A DNA stretch of 64,000 nucleotides from NCBI GenBank assembly GCA_963728205.1, contig CAVSIV010000006.1, positions 512,001-576,000 of the forward strand, written 5' to 3'. Below are positions 38,593 through 48,919 of this stretch, piece by piece; within the stretch, counting starts at the first letter, position 1, and every line of letters begins with the position of its first letter. The DNA is from an uncultured Chloroflexia bacterium. Its GTDB lineage: Bacteria; Chloroflexota; Dehalococcoidia; UBA2979. Below the pieces are notes generated by a model. That model saw only the letters and a list, made by a program, of their open reading frames with translations, searched no databases and was not told the DNA's origin. A program made the translations under genes and the position numbers.

Positions 38593-39603
38593 CTAACCCT
38601 CGACCAGCCGCAGCACGGCGTCGTGGATGCCGTCGGCGTTCACGATCCACGCGCGTTCGAGCGGCGGGCTGTACGGCACCGGGCTCCACGGCCCGCCCAG
38701 CCGCGCCGGCGGCGCGTCGAGGTCGTCGAACGCCTCGGCCACGATCTGCGACGTGATCTCGGCGCCGATCCCACCGAACTGCACCGCCTCGTGCACGGTC
38801 AGCACCCGGTGCGTCTTGCGCACCGACGCCGCGATCGTGTCGATGTCGAGTGGCTGCAGGCTGCGCGGATCGACGACCTCGATCTCGATGCCGCGTTCGG
38901 CCAGCCGATCCGCCGCCGCGAGCGCCTCGTGCACCATGAACGCCGTCGCCACCACCGTCGCGTCGCGCCCCTCGCGCACCACGCGCGCCGAGCCGAGCGG
39001 CACGACGTGCTCGCCCTCGGGCACCGGCCCGCGCAGGCGGGCACAGCGCTTGTGCTGGATGAAGAAGACCGGGTTGTCCTCGCGGATCGCCGACGTGAGC
39101 AGGCCCTTCGCGTCGGCCGGGGTGCTCGGCATCACGACCTTCAGTCCGGGGATGTGGCAGAGGAGCGCCTCGAGGCTCTGCGAGTGCTGCGCCGCCATCC
39201 CGCCGCCGGCCCCCGCGTTGGCCAGCACCGTCAGCGGCAGCCGCGCCTTGCCGCCAAACATGTACTTGTTCTTCGCCATCTGGTTCAGGATCTGGTCGAA
39301 GCAGACGCCGATGAAGTCGATGAACATCACGCTCACGACGGGCCGCAGCCCCTGGAGCGCCGCGCCGATCGCGAGCCCGGCGATCGCGTTCTCCGAGATC
39401 GGCGTGTCGAGGATCCGCTCGGGGCCGAAGCGCGGCAGGATGCCGCGGGTCGTGCCGAAGACGTCGCCGCGTGCGGCGAGGTCGATGCCGGCGACGAAGA
39501 CGTTCGGGTCGCGCTCCATCTCGGACATGAGCGCCTCGTTCACGGCCTGCAGATAGGTGATCTCGCGCTGGCCGGTCGCGGTCGGTTCGGTGGTGGTGGT
39601 CAT
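38593..39603 (-). CDS. 2-oxoacid/acetoin dehydrogenase E1 beta subunit
   Basis: DTPISE, QHSQ and EVVDPRSLQPLD motifs. Confidence 0.93.
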   Translation of the reverse strand: MTTTTEPTATGQREITYLQAVNEALMSEMERDPNVFVAGIDLAARGDVFGTTRGILPRFGPERILDTPISENAIAGLAIGAALQGLRPVVSVMFIDFIGVCFDQILNQMAKNKYMFGGKARLPLTVLANAGAGGGMAAQHSQSLEALLCHIPGLKVVMPSTPADAKGLLTSAIREDNPVFFIQHKRCARLRGPVPEGEHVVPLGSARVVREGRDATVVATAFMVHEALAAADRLAERGIEIEVVDPRSLQPLDIDTIAASVRKTHRVLTVHEAVQFGGIGAEITSQIVAEAFDDLDAPPARLGGPWSPVPYSPPLERAWIVNADGIHDAVLRLVEG

Positions 39604-39715
39604 GGGTGGATCCTCCGCCCGCATCTGTGCTCGCCTCCCGGCCCCTCAGCGGCGGCAGATTGCCGCCGACCGGTCGGCGGCAATCTGCCGCCGCTGAGGG
39701 GAGCCGGGGCCGGGC

Positions 39716-40694
39716 CTACGCCGTATACACGTCCGTCAGCAGCTCGCTCGTGTCCGGGTAGGGCGACGCCTCGGCGAAGCGGATGCCCTCCTCCACCTCA
39801 CGCCGGATCTCGTCTCGCACGCGCTCGGCCGACTCGCCGCCGAGGATGCCCCGCGCCGCGAGCACGCCGGCGAGGATCTCGAATCGGGTCGCGCTGCCGC
39901 CACGCCGCACGCTCCTCGGCCGGGCGCGGGTCGTTCTCGCTCATGCCGGTGTGGTTGTAGAAGCGATAGGTGTCGGCCTCGATCAGCGTCGGGCCGTCGC
40001 CGGCGCGCGCCCGCGCCACCGCGTCGCGCGCCGCCGCGTAGACCGCGAGCACGTCCTGGCCGTCGACCGTGATGCCGGGGATGCCATAGGACGCGGCGCG
40101 GTCGGACAGCCGCGTGATCGCGCCCTGGTGATCCTGTGCGGTGAACTCGCCGTAGTGGTTGTTCTCGACGACGAAGATCGCCGGCAGCCGCAGCACCGCG
40201 GCGAGGTTCACCGCCTCGTGCCAGGTGCCCTCGTTCGTCGCGCCGTCGCCGGTGAAGCAGACGCACACGCGGCCGTCGCCGGCGTACTTCGCCGCGAACG
40301 CCGCGCCGGCGGCGATCGGCGGGCCGCCGCCGACGATGCCGTTCGCGCCGAGGATGCCGAGCTCGAGGTCGGCGATGTGCATCGAGCCGCCCTTGCCGCG
40401 GCAGTAGCCGTCGGCGCGGCCGAACAGCTCCGCGAACATGCGGCGCACGTCGCCGCCCTTCGCGATGCAGTGCCCGTGGCCGCGGTGCGTGCTCGTGATC
40501 GTGTCGGCCTGCTCGAGGTTCGCGCAGACGCCGACGGCGACCGCCTCCTCCCCGGCGTAGAGGTGGACCGCGCCCGGGATCTTCGCCTGCTCGGCGAGGC
40601 GGCCGGCCGCCTCCTCGAACTCCCGGATGCGCAGCATCGTGCGGTACATGTAGAGCAGCTGCTCGGCGTCGAGCTGCTCGGCCGTGGTGGTCAT
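39716..40694 (-). CDS. 2-oxoacid/acetoin dehydrogenase E1 alpha subunit with a +1 frameshift near 39882
   Basis: STHRGHGH, GKGGSMH and GDGA...N TPP motif; the C-terminal ...FAEASPYP...DVY tail lies in another frame. Confidence 0.9.
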
Positions 40695-40870
40695 GGCGAC
40701 CTCCATCCCAGACGCGGGCCATTCGCGGCGTGATGGTACGCCCGCGCGTTCCGGGCGCGCGCCGGCTTCAGGCCGGCCGCGTGCGGCAGCCGCCTCCGCG
40801 CCGGCGTTGATCGCACCGCGGCGGGCCCCTACAAGTTGGCAGCCGCTACCAGGTAAGGAGTTGCGCCCCG

Positions 40871-41137
40871 ATGACCCGCACCGCGCGCCGACTCGCCGTC
40901 GGCATCACCTTCGCCGCCCTCGCACTCACGCCCGCGTTCGCCACCGCCGCCACGCCGGGCAACGCCGACGCCGCGGCCGCGTGCCGTGGCGACGGCTACC
41001 AGGCATACGTGCGCGCCGACAACTCGGGCTTCGACACCGTCGGCGCATGCGTCAGCTACGCGGCCCGTGGTGGGACGCTCTACAGCAAGTCCTCGCCCGA
41101 CGCGATCCGCAGCCGGACCAAGCACAACGGCGACTAG
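40871..41137 (+). CDS. Small secreted protein with two Cys
   Basis: Signal peptide (AFA), C...CVSYAA.GG; AAGGAG SD. Confidence 0.7.
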   Translation: MTRTARRLAVGITFAALALTPAFATAATPGNADAAAACRGDGYQAYVRADNSGFDTVGACVSYAARGGTLYSKSSPDAIRSRTKHNGD

Positions 41138-41440
41138 CCGGTTCGCGCCGCCTCCGCGCGCGGCGAGCGACGGTCCTCGTCGGAAAGTCAAAGCGGCGGC
41201 AGATATGCCTCCGACAGGACGCGGACGCCGTCCGCGGCCGGCGCCGCGCTCCTGTCGGCGGCATATCTGCCGCCGCTTTGGGTGACGTTCATGCGCGCGC
41301 GGCGCCCCACCGGGCATGTCGACTGCCGTGCACACGCCGTCGGACCATGTGGCCCACGGCAGCGCTGACGGCTGTCGCTCGCCCGGAGGCGAACACGCGG
41401 CAAGCACCGACGCGGCGGGCGTGAAGCCCGCCGCGCGCCG

Positions 41441-41872
41441 TCAGCGCATCGCGTCCGCGATCAGTGCCCGCACGCGCTCCATGTGGGCCGCGTCCTCGTA
41501 CTTCGACCGCGGCCAGAAGAAGCCGCGCAGGCCGTCCTTGCGGCGGCGCGGCACGACGTGCACGTGCAGGTGCGGCACGCTCTGGCTCACGCGGTTGTTC
41601 ATCGCGACGAACGTGCCCTCGGCGTCCATCGCCCGCTCCACGGCGCGCGAGAGGCGCTGCGCGGTTGCGAAGAGCGGCGTCAGGAGGTCCGCCGGGAGGT
41701 CGCCCAGCGTCTCGACGTGCGCGCGCGGCACGAGCAGCGTGTGGCCGGGGAAGAGCGGGCGGTGGTCGAGGAACGCGATCACGTCGTCGTCGCGGTAGAC
41801 GACCGGGGCGTCGACGTCGCCGGCAACGATGTCGCAGAAGGTGCAGTCCGGCGCGCGCTTCGTTGCGGGCAT
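41441..41872 (-). CDS. HIT family protein
   Basis: CTFC, PGHTLLVP and HLHVH histidine triad. Confidence 0.93.
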   Translation of the reverse strand: MPATKRAPDCTFCDIVAGDVDAPVVYRDDDVIAFLDHRPLFPGHTLLVPRAHVETLGDLPADLLTPLFATAQRLSRAVERAMDAEGTFVAMNNRVSQSVPHLHVHVVPRRRKDGLRGFFWPRSKYEDAAHMERVRALIADAMR

Positions 41873-42063
41873 CAACCGCCTCCCCCGGCGAGAGCCTAGC
41901 GTCGCCGCCGCATCCGCGCGTCCGCCGCCGAGCAGCGTCCTGCGCTGGCCGGCATCCTCGGTTCGACGCGGTCGGCGGCGCCGAGGTCGCGCTTCGCGTG
42001 CGTCATGGCTGCGGTAGCATCCGTCCGACACCCACGTCAGCACAGCGCGTTCGGGAGTGCGTC

Positions 42064-42525
42064 ATGCCCTACGCCGTGGACTTCACCACCGTCTCGACCG
42101 TCGGGCTGGAGTCGTCGCCGGTCGCGGCCGCGCTCGCCGGCCTGCGGGCGAACGAGGCTCGCTACTACAAGAACAAGTACGACCACGTCTTCACGGTGGA
42201 GCCCGCGAGCGACGCGAAGGCGACCGTCGACTGGGTGCACCGGATCCTCAAGGAGGAACGCAACCTCGTCATCTCGTCTCGCCCGCTCGAGGCCACGGCC
42301 TTCGAGGTCGAGCACATCCGCATGGCCTACGTCTTCTATGAGAGCGGACTGTCGATCAACGTGATGTACACCGTCGATGGCCCCGAGAAGCGAGCGGTCG
42401 GCTTCAAGCTCTCCGACGGGATGGAAGTCCCCGCCGAGCTCGCGCAGTTCAAGTTCGCGAGACAGAAGTCGAAGCTGGCCGGAACCATCCGCGGCTCCTA
42501 CTTCGTCATCAAGAACGAATACTGA
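42064..42525 (+). CDS. Hypothetical protein with atypical (Lys/Tyr-rich) composition
   Basis: GGGAG SD; clean codon pattern; GC lower than neighbouring genes. Confidence 0.8.
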   Translation: MPYAVDFTTVSTVGLESSPVAAALAGLRANEARYYKNKYDHVFTVEPASDAKATVDWVHRILKEERNLVISSRPLEATAFEVEHIRMAYVFYESGLSINVMYTVDGPEKRAVGFKLSDGMEVPAELAQFKFARQKSKLAGTIRGSYFVIKNEY

Positions 42526-42543
42526 CCCCGAGTACGCCGCAGC

Positions 42544-44088
42544 GTGCCACGCGCCTCCGACACCCCCGAGCTCGCGCCGGACGACGCCCTGCGCCGTCTC
42601 GCCGCGCTCGTCCGCGACGACCCCACGGCGGCGCCGTTCGCCGGCACGTGCCTCGTCGGCGGCGCCGTGCGCGACGCGCTGCTCGGGCGCGCCGTCGAGG
42701 AGGCGGACCTGGCGGTGCCGGGCGACGTCGAGGCCTTCGCGCGCCTCGCCGCCGGCGCGCTCGGCACGAACGTCGTCGCCATCGGCCGCGACCCGTGGCG
42801 GCTGTTCCGGCTGCCGCTCGCGCCCGGCCGCCAGGTCGACGTCGTCGCGATGCAGGGCGCGCGCGACGACGACCTCGCGCGGCGCGACTTCACCGTGAAC
42901 GCGCTCGCCGTGCCGCTCGCCGACCTGCCGGCAGGCGGGCTCGTCGCGCTGCGGCGCGACGCCGTCGTCGACCCGCACGGCGGGCTCGCCGATCTCGACG
43001 GCCGCGTGCTGCGCGCCGTCGCGCCGGGCGCGATCGACGCCGACCCCGTGCGCGCGATGCGCGGCGTGCGGCTCGCCTGCACGCTCGGGTTCGCGATCGC
43101 GCCGGCGACCGTCGACGCGATCCGCGCGGCCGCGCCGCGGCTGCGCGACGTCGCGGGCGAGCGCGTCGGCGCCGAGCTGCTGCGTGTGTTCGCGAGCGAC
43201 CGCGCCGCGCACGGCGTGCGGCTGATGGACGCGACGGGGCTGCTCGACGTGGTGTTCCCGTCGCTCGTCGCCGGCCGCGACCTCGACCAGCGGCCGGTCC
43301 ACCGCTACCCGGTGCTCGAGCACGAGATCGTCGCGGCGGAGTGGATGGACGTGCTGCTCGCGGCGGCAGCGCCGGCCGACGGCAACGGCGACGCGACCGA
43401 GCGGGCGCGCGCGTGGCACGGGTTCTGGGACGCGGGGTGGCCGGACACGCGATGGGGGCCGCTGCGGCCGCACCTCGCGCGGCATCGCGTCGCGCTGCGC
43501 ATCGCGACGCTGCTGCACGACGCCGGGAAGCCGGCGACGCGTTCGGTCGCGCCGGACGGGCGCACGCGCTTCCTCGGGCACCCCGAGGCCGGCGCGGCGA
43601 TGGCGCGGGAGGACCTCGCGCGCTGGCGGCTGCCGCACGCGCTGGTCGAGCGCGTCGCGCTGCTGATCGAGCAGCACCTGCGCCCCGGCCAGGTCGCGTC
43701 GCCCGGACGGGCGCCGACCGCGAAGGCGCTGCACCGCTTTCACCAGGCGCTCGGCGACGCGACGCCCGACGTCTGTCTGCTCTTCCTCGCCGACTCGCTC
43801 TCGACGGTGGGCGCCGACGTGCTGCTGCTGCGCTGGCCGGCGTACGTCGCACACGTGCGGCGGGTGATCGAATGGCGGCCGCCCGCGCCGCCCGACGGCC
43901 GCGCGCGGCTGGTCGACGGCCGCGACGTGATCGGAGCCACCGGCCTCGCTCCGGGCCCCGCCGTCGGCCGCGTGCTCGACGCGGTCGAGGAGGCCGCCGC
44001 CACCGGCGAGGTGCGCACGCGCGAGGAGGCGCTCGCGCTGGCGCGGGCGCTGGCGGCCGCCGAAGCCGGCTCGAGCGGCGGGCGGTAG
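42544..44088 (+). CDS. tRNA nucleotidyltransferase family protein with HD domain (probably CC-adding)
   Basis: VGGAVRD, RRDFTVNA, DPxR and LLHDAGK motifs. Confidence 0.88.
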   Translation: MPRASDTPELAPDDALRRLAALVRDDPTAAPFAGTCLVGGAVRDALLGRAVEEADLAVPGDVEAFARLAAGALGTNVVAIGRDPWRLFRLPLAPGRQVDVVAMQGARDDDLARRDFTVNALAVPLADLPAGGLVALRRDAVVDPHGGLADLDGRVLRAVAPGAIDADPVRAMRGVRLACTLGFAIAPATVDAIRAAAPRLRDVAGERVGAELLRVFASDRAAHGVRLMDATGLLDVVFPSLVAGRDLDQRPVHRYPVLEHEIVAAEWMDVLLAAAAPADGNGDATERARAWHGFWDAGWPDTRWGPLRPHLARHRVALRIATLLHDAGKPATRSVAPDGRTRFLGHPEAGAAMAREDLARWRLPHALVERVALLIEQHLRPGQVASPGRAPTAKALHRFHQALGDATPDVCLLFLADSLSTVGADVLLLRWPAYVAHVRRVIEWRPPAPPDGRARLVDGRDVIGATGLAPGPAVGRVLDAVEEAAATGEVRTREEALALARALAAAEAGSSGGR

Positions 44089-44311
44089 GGCGCCCGATCC
44101 CTCCGTCGCCCGGCGTGCGCACGGGGCCGCCACCGGGAGGCCACGTGGCCCGGAGCGCGCCGCGGCGTGTTCGCTCGGGGGTGTCGCCTCGTCACCGTCC
44201 CCGGCGACGGTGCGATCGGCACCCTGCCGGCTGCCGCTGGAATCCGGTTGCGTGGACGGCCGCTCGTACGCTCGATCCGAACGCACCCCTGTCGCCCGCG
44301 TTGGAACCGAC

Positions 44312-45382
44312 ATGAGCACGACACGCCCCACCCGCATTCGCTTCGCGATCCTCGCCGCCGCGGCCGCCGCGTTCGCCGCCGTCCTGCTGGCGGCGCCGGG
44401 CGGCCCGACGCCCGCACTGGCCGCCGCGAACGCGCTGACCGCGCCGCCGGTCGGCGGCCTCACGCAGGGCGTCGCCGGCACCACGGACCCCGCGGCGCTC
44501 GCCGCCGCGCAGGCGTTCCCCGTCGAGGCGATCTCGATGCTCGACGTCGCGACGCAGCAGTGGCTCATCTACGTGCCCGGCGCGCCGTCGCAGGTCGACA
44601 CGCTGGGGTCGAGCGCGCTCACCGTGAACAGCGTCGTGACGATCCGCCGCACCGGCGCGCCGCCGGCGCCGGGCACGCCCGCCGCGGCCCCGTCCGGCGT
44701 CGCGCCGAGCGGCGCCGGCAACGCCCTGTCCGCGCCGGCACCCGGCGGCCTCACCGTCGGCGTCGCCGGCACGAACGACCCCGCGACGCTCGCGGCCGCG
44801 CAGTCGTTCCCCGTGGAGACGGTGACGCTGCTCGACATCCCGTCGCAGGCGTGGCTCGTCTACGTGCCGGGTGCTCCGGCCTTCGCCAGCTCGCTGCGCA
44901 CCGGCATGCTGCAGGCCGGCTCGGTGGTGACGCTCCGCCGCGCGGGCGGGGCGGGCGCGACGCCGACGTCGACCCCCACCGCCACCACGCCGTCCGGCAT
45001 CGACGCCGCGGCCGAGACGGCGCTGGTCACCGACGTGAACCAGGCGCGCGCCGCGGCCGGGTTGCCCGCGCTGGTCGTCGACGCGACGATCCGCTCGGTC
45101 GCGCGCTCGCACTCGCTCGACATGGTGCAGAACGACTACTTCGCGCATGACAGCCTGGACGGCACCGACCCGTTCCAGCGCATGCGCAACGCCGGCGTGA
45201 CGTTCACCTACGCCGACGAGAACATCGCCGCCGGCAACACGGCCGACGAGGTGCACAGCGAGCTGATGAACTCGGCGCCGCACCGCGCGAACATCCTCGA
45301 CCCGCGCATGCGGCGCATCGGCATCGGCGTCGCGACCGGCGGGACGTACGGGCTCACGGTGACCGAGGACTTCGCGGACTAA
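44312..45382 (+). CDS. Secreted CAP/SCP domain protein with two YxPGAP modules
   Basis: Signal peptide; ARSHSLDM...YFAH, ENIA and MNSAPHRANIL motifs; duplicated ~70-aa module. Confidence 0.9.
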   Translation: MSTTRPTRIRFAILAAAAAAFAAVLLAAPGGPTPALAAANALTAPPVGGLTQGVAGTTDPAALAAAQAFPVEAISMLDVATQQWLIYVPGAPSQVDTLGSSALTVNSVVTIRRTGAPPAPGTPAAAPSGVAPSGAGNALSAPAPGGLTVGVAGTNDPATLAAAQSFPVETVTLLDIPSQAWLVYVPGAPAFASSLRTGMLQAGSVVTLRRAGGAGATPTSTPTATTPSGIDAAAETALVTDVNQARAAAGLPALVVDATIRSVARSHSLDMVQNDYFAHDSLDGTDPFQRMRNAGVTFTYADENIAAGNTADEVHSELMNSAPHRANILDPRMRRIGIGVATGGTYGLTVTEDFAD

Positions 45383-45591
45383 CGCCGCCCAGCGGCGGGC
45401 GGATGCGCGCCGATCCGCTGCGCGGGACGCCGGCGGTTGCGTCCCGCGGCGAGCGGGGGGCGTGGCGCCCCCCGCTTCACGAACACGGAACCCGTGACGT
45501 CCGCGCGGAACCCGTGACGTCCGCGCGCGTAGTCGGAGGGCGACACGCCCTCCGCTCGCCGCGGGATGCGGGCGGCGCGCCCGCGTCCCGC

Positions 45592-46758
45592 CTACACCAC
45601 CCCGGCGTCGTACAGCGCCGCCCGCTCCGCCGGGCCGTAGCCCAGCTCCGCGAGCACCTGGTCGTTGTGCTGGCCGGGATCGGGCGCGGCCGTGCGCACC
45701 GCGCCGGGCGTCCGCGATAGCCGGTACGGCGGCGCGAGCAGCTCCAGCTCGCCGAGCTCCGGGTGGACCACCTTCGCGGTCATCTCCATCGCACGCACCT
45801 GCTCGTGCGCGAACACCTCGTCGATCGCGAGGATCGGGCCGGCCGGCACGCCCGCCGCGTTCAGCGCGTCAATCAGGGCCTCCGACGTAAACGTCGCGAT
45901 GCGCTCGGCGAGGATCGGCGTCAGCGCGTCGCGATGCGCGATGCGGTCCGGCGGACTGGCGAAGCGCGGGTCGCGCGCCAGGTCCGGCGCTCCCAGCACC
46001 TCGCACAGGCTCACCCACATCGCCTGCGTCGTGGCCGCGACGTTGACGAGGCCGTCGACCGTCGCGAAGCAGCCCGTGGGCGTCGTCGTCGGGTGGTTGT
46101 TGCCGGCCTGCGGCGGCACCTCGTGGTCGACGAGCCAGCGCGTCGCCTGGAAGTCGAGCATGTGCACCATCGCCTGCAGGAGCGACGTCGACACGCGCTG
46201 GCCGCGCCCGGAGCGCTCGCGCTCGAGCAGCGCGACGAGGATGCCCTGCGCGAGGAACAGCCCCGCGGTGAGGTCGGCGACGGGGATGCCGGCGCGCATC
46301 GGCCCGCGGCCGGGCTCGCCGGTGATCGACATCAGCCCGCCCATGCCCTGCGCGATCTGGTCGTAGCCGGGGCGGTCGCGCAGCGGGCCGTCCTCGCCGA
46401 AGCCGGAGATGCTCGCGTAGATCAGCCGGGGATTCACCGCGCTCAGCGTCTCGTAGCCGAGCCCCAGCCGGTCCATCACGCCGGGGCGGAAGTTCTCGAC
46501 GAGCACGTCGGAGCGCTCGACGAGCCGCTTCAGGATCGCGACGCCGCGGTGATCCTTGAGGTTGAGCGTGAGCGAGCGCTTGTTGCGGTTGACGTTCTGG
46601 TAGTCGGAGCCCCGCGTCGCGAACGGCGGCGGGCCGTCGCTGCGCGCCGCGACCTGGACGACCTGCGCGCCCATGTCGGCCAGCTGGCGCACGGCCGTGG
46701 GCCCCGAGCGGACGCGCGCCATGTCGACGACGCGCACGTGCTCCAGCGGCAGGGGCAT
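45592..46758 (-). CDS. CaiB/BaiF family III CoA-transferase
   Basis: NRNKRS, ENFRPG, GYDQIAQ and GGLMSITG motifs. Confidence 0.94.
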   Translation of the reverse strand: MPLPLEHVRVVDMARVRSGPTAVRQLADMGAQVVQVAARSDGPPPFATRGSDYQNVNRNKRSLTLNLKDHRGVAILKRLVERSDVLVENFRPGVMDRLGLGYETLSAVNPRLIYASISGFGEDGPLRDRPGYDQIAQGMGGLMSITGEPGRGPMRAGIPVADLTAGLFLAQGILVALLERERSGRGQRVSTSLLQAMVHMLDFQATRWLVDHEVPPQAGNNHPTTTPTGCFATVDGLVNVAATTQAMWVSLCEVLGAPDLARDPRFASPPDRIAHRDALTPILAERIATFTSEALIDALNAAGVPAGPILAIDEVFAHEQVRAMEMTAKVVHPELGELELLAPPYRLSRTPGAVRTAAPDPGQHNDQVLAELGYGPAERAALYDAGVV

Positions 46759-47116
46759 GCCCCGCTCCCTTCCCGCGATGGCATCCCGTCATACGGGATG
46801 CGCGCTCGTCATGGGGCCTCGCCGGCACGACCTCCGCACCGGGTCGCAGGCGACCGCTCGCCAGCGTAGCGCCCGGCTCCGGCTCGGATGTCTGCCGAAT
46901 CCGCCCCACCGGACCGCGGCGACCTCGCACGGGCGCGCGTGAGGTCGCAGACGTAATGACGTTGTCACGTTTTTGCGCGGTCGTAGTCGCTTCCGCAGCC
47001 AGGCGGGGTCTAGCCTCCGCAGCAGTCCGGGCGGGGTGTGATGTCTCCTCGCAACAGAGGCACAGGAGGAGGCTGTAGGTGACTATGGACCAGAGAGAAT
47101 CGAGCGGGGGACAGAT

Positions 47117-48802
47117 ATGAGGCGAACGATCGCGATTCTTGTCGCTGCCGTTCTGACCCTCGCGATTGTGGTGCCTGCGTCTGCGCAGACACCGCTCACC
47201 GTGACGCTTCCGGCCGGCGCGCCGGGGACGATCACGGCGTACGTGAACGGCCAGGCATGCGGCAGCGCCACGACGTCCGCCACCGGCACGTCGCTGCTCA
47301 CGTTGAACGCGACGTGCATCACGCCGGGCGCCACCGTCTCGTTCAAGAACGCCAACGGGCTGAGTCTCGTCGGCACCGTCACGATCCCGGCCAGCGGCTC
47401 GGGCTCGCTGACGCTCACGAGCCTGAGCCTGGCGTCCCCGGTCACGATCACCATCCCGTCCGGGCCCACGGGCCAGATCACGGCGATGGTGAACGGGCAG
47501 GTCTGCGGCACCGTCAACGTGTCGTCGACCGCGACGACGTCGATCGAGCTGCCGGCGACGTGTGTCATCCCCAGTGCAACGGTGACCTTCACCGGCCCGG
47601 GCGGCGGGTCGCTGTCGGGCACGGTGACGATCCCGGCTTCCGGGAGCGGCACCCTGACGCTGGCGAACCTGAACTCGACGTCGCCGGTGAACATCACGCT
47701 GCCCGCGGGTAGCGGCACGATCACGGCGTACGTGAACGGCCAGGCCTGCGGCACTGCCACGCTGTCGGCCGGTTCGACCACGACCCTGTCGCTGCCGGCG
47801 ACCTGCGCGCTCGCAGGCCAGACGGTCAGCTTCACCAACGGGAGCGGCGTGAACCTCGTCAACACGGTCACGATCCCGGCTTCCGGGAGCGGCACCGTCT
47901 CGCTCACGAGCCTGACGACGGTCGCGCCGGTGACCATCACGCTGCCGGCCGGCTCCGGCACGATCACGGCGTACGTGAACGGTGTGTCCTGCGGCAGCGC
48001 GACGCTGTCCGCCGGCTCCACGACGACGCTCACGCTGATGTCGTCCTGCGCCAGCCAGGGCGGGACGATCACGTTCAAGACCGCCCAGGGCGCCACGCTC
48101 GGCACGACCCTCACGGTCCCGGCCGGTGGCGGCTCCCTGACGGTCTCGAGCCTGAATCCGAGCGTCGTGATCGCGATTCCGTCCGGTCCGTCCGGCACGG
48201 TCACCGTGCTGGTGAACGGCCAGATCTGCGGCGTGGTGACGGTGAACCCGGACATGCCGTCCGCGTTCCAGCTGCCTAACTCGTGTGCGATCGCCGGGGC
48301 GACGGTCACGTTCACGACGCCGACCAATGCGTCGCTGAAGCAGACCCTCACGATCCCGGCGGTCGGCGGCACGATCACGCTGCCGAACCTGGACCTCACG
48401 CAGCCGCTCAACCTCGTGCTGCCTGCCGGCAACGAGACGGTCACCGTCCTCGTCAACGGCCAGGTCTGCGCGACGCAGACGCTGTCGGCGACGAGCACGA
48501 CGACCATTGCGCTCCCGTCGACCTGCGTGGTCCCCGGCGCGGTCGTGACCTTCAGGGGCACGGCGGGCCCGATCGCGACGACGCTCGTCGTCCCGATCTC
48601 GGGCACGGGCACGCTGATCCTGACGTCGCTGGCCGGCGGTCCGCCGACGGCGACGCCGACGGTGCCCGGCCCGGCGGCCACCGGTAACGGCGGCCTCCTG
48701 GCGGCCGGCCAGGGCGGCTTCGACTGGATGGCGCTGGCGCTGGTCCTCGCGACCGTCGGTGCCACCGGCGGAGCGGCGCTCGTGATCCGCAAGCGCAGCT
48801 AG
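47117..48802 (+). CDS. Secreted six-repeat surface protein with a sortase-type sorting signal
   Basis: Signal peptide (ASA-Q), six ~80-aa VNGxxC...C repeats, PAATGNGG + TM helix + RKRS. Confidence 0.88.
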   Translation: MRRTIAILVAAVLTLAIVVPASAQTPLTVTLPAGAPGTITAYVNGQACGSATTSATGTSLLTLNATCITPGATVSFKNANGLSLVGTVTIPASGSGSLTLTSLSLASPVTITIPSGPTGQITAMVNGQVCGTVNVSSTATTSIELPATCVIPSATVTFTGPGGGSLSGTVTIPASGSGTLTLANLNSTSPVNITLPAGSGTITAYVNGQACGTATLSAGSTTTLSLPATCALAGQTVSFTNGSGVNLVNTVTIPASGSGTVSLTSLTTVAPVTITLPAGSGTITAYVNGVSCGSATLSAGSTTTLTLMSSCASQGGTITFKTAQGATLGTTLTVPAGGGSLTVSSLNPSVVIAIPSGPSGTVTVLVNGQICGVVTVNPDMPSAFQLPNSCAIAGATVTFTTPTNASLKQTLTIPAVGGTITLPNLDLTQPLNLVLPAGNETVTVLVNGQVCATQTLSATSTTTIALPSTCVVPGAVVTFRGTAGPIATTLVVPISGTGTLILTSLAGGPPTATPTVPGPAATGNGGLLAAGQGGFDWMALALVLATVGATGGAALVIRKRS

Positions 48803-48919
48803 CGCTGCGGACTGCAGGGGCGCGTCCACCCCGGTGGGCGCGCCCCCTTCGCGCCGGCGCGCGGCTCACCCCGGTCGAGTCGCGCGCCGGCCATCCGATT
48901 GCCCCGAGGACACGGACTC

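Noticed and set aside
47037-47053. CRP-type site upstream of the surface-protein gene (TGTGA...TCGCA)
   Set aside because: Spacing is 7 rather than 6 nt and one half-site is imperfect
46950-47116. Riboswitch in the leader of the surface-protein gene
   Set aside because: No recognisable consensus by eye; an Infernal/Rfam scan would be needed
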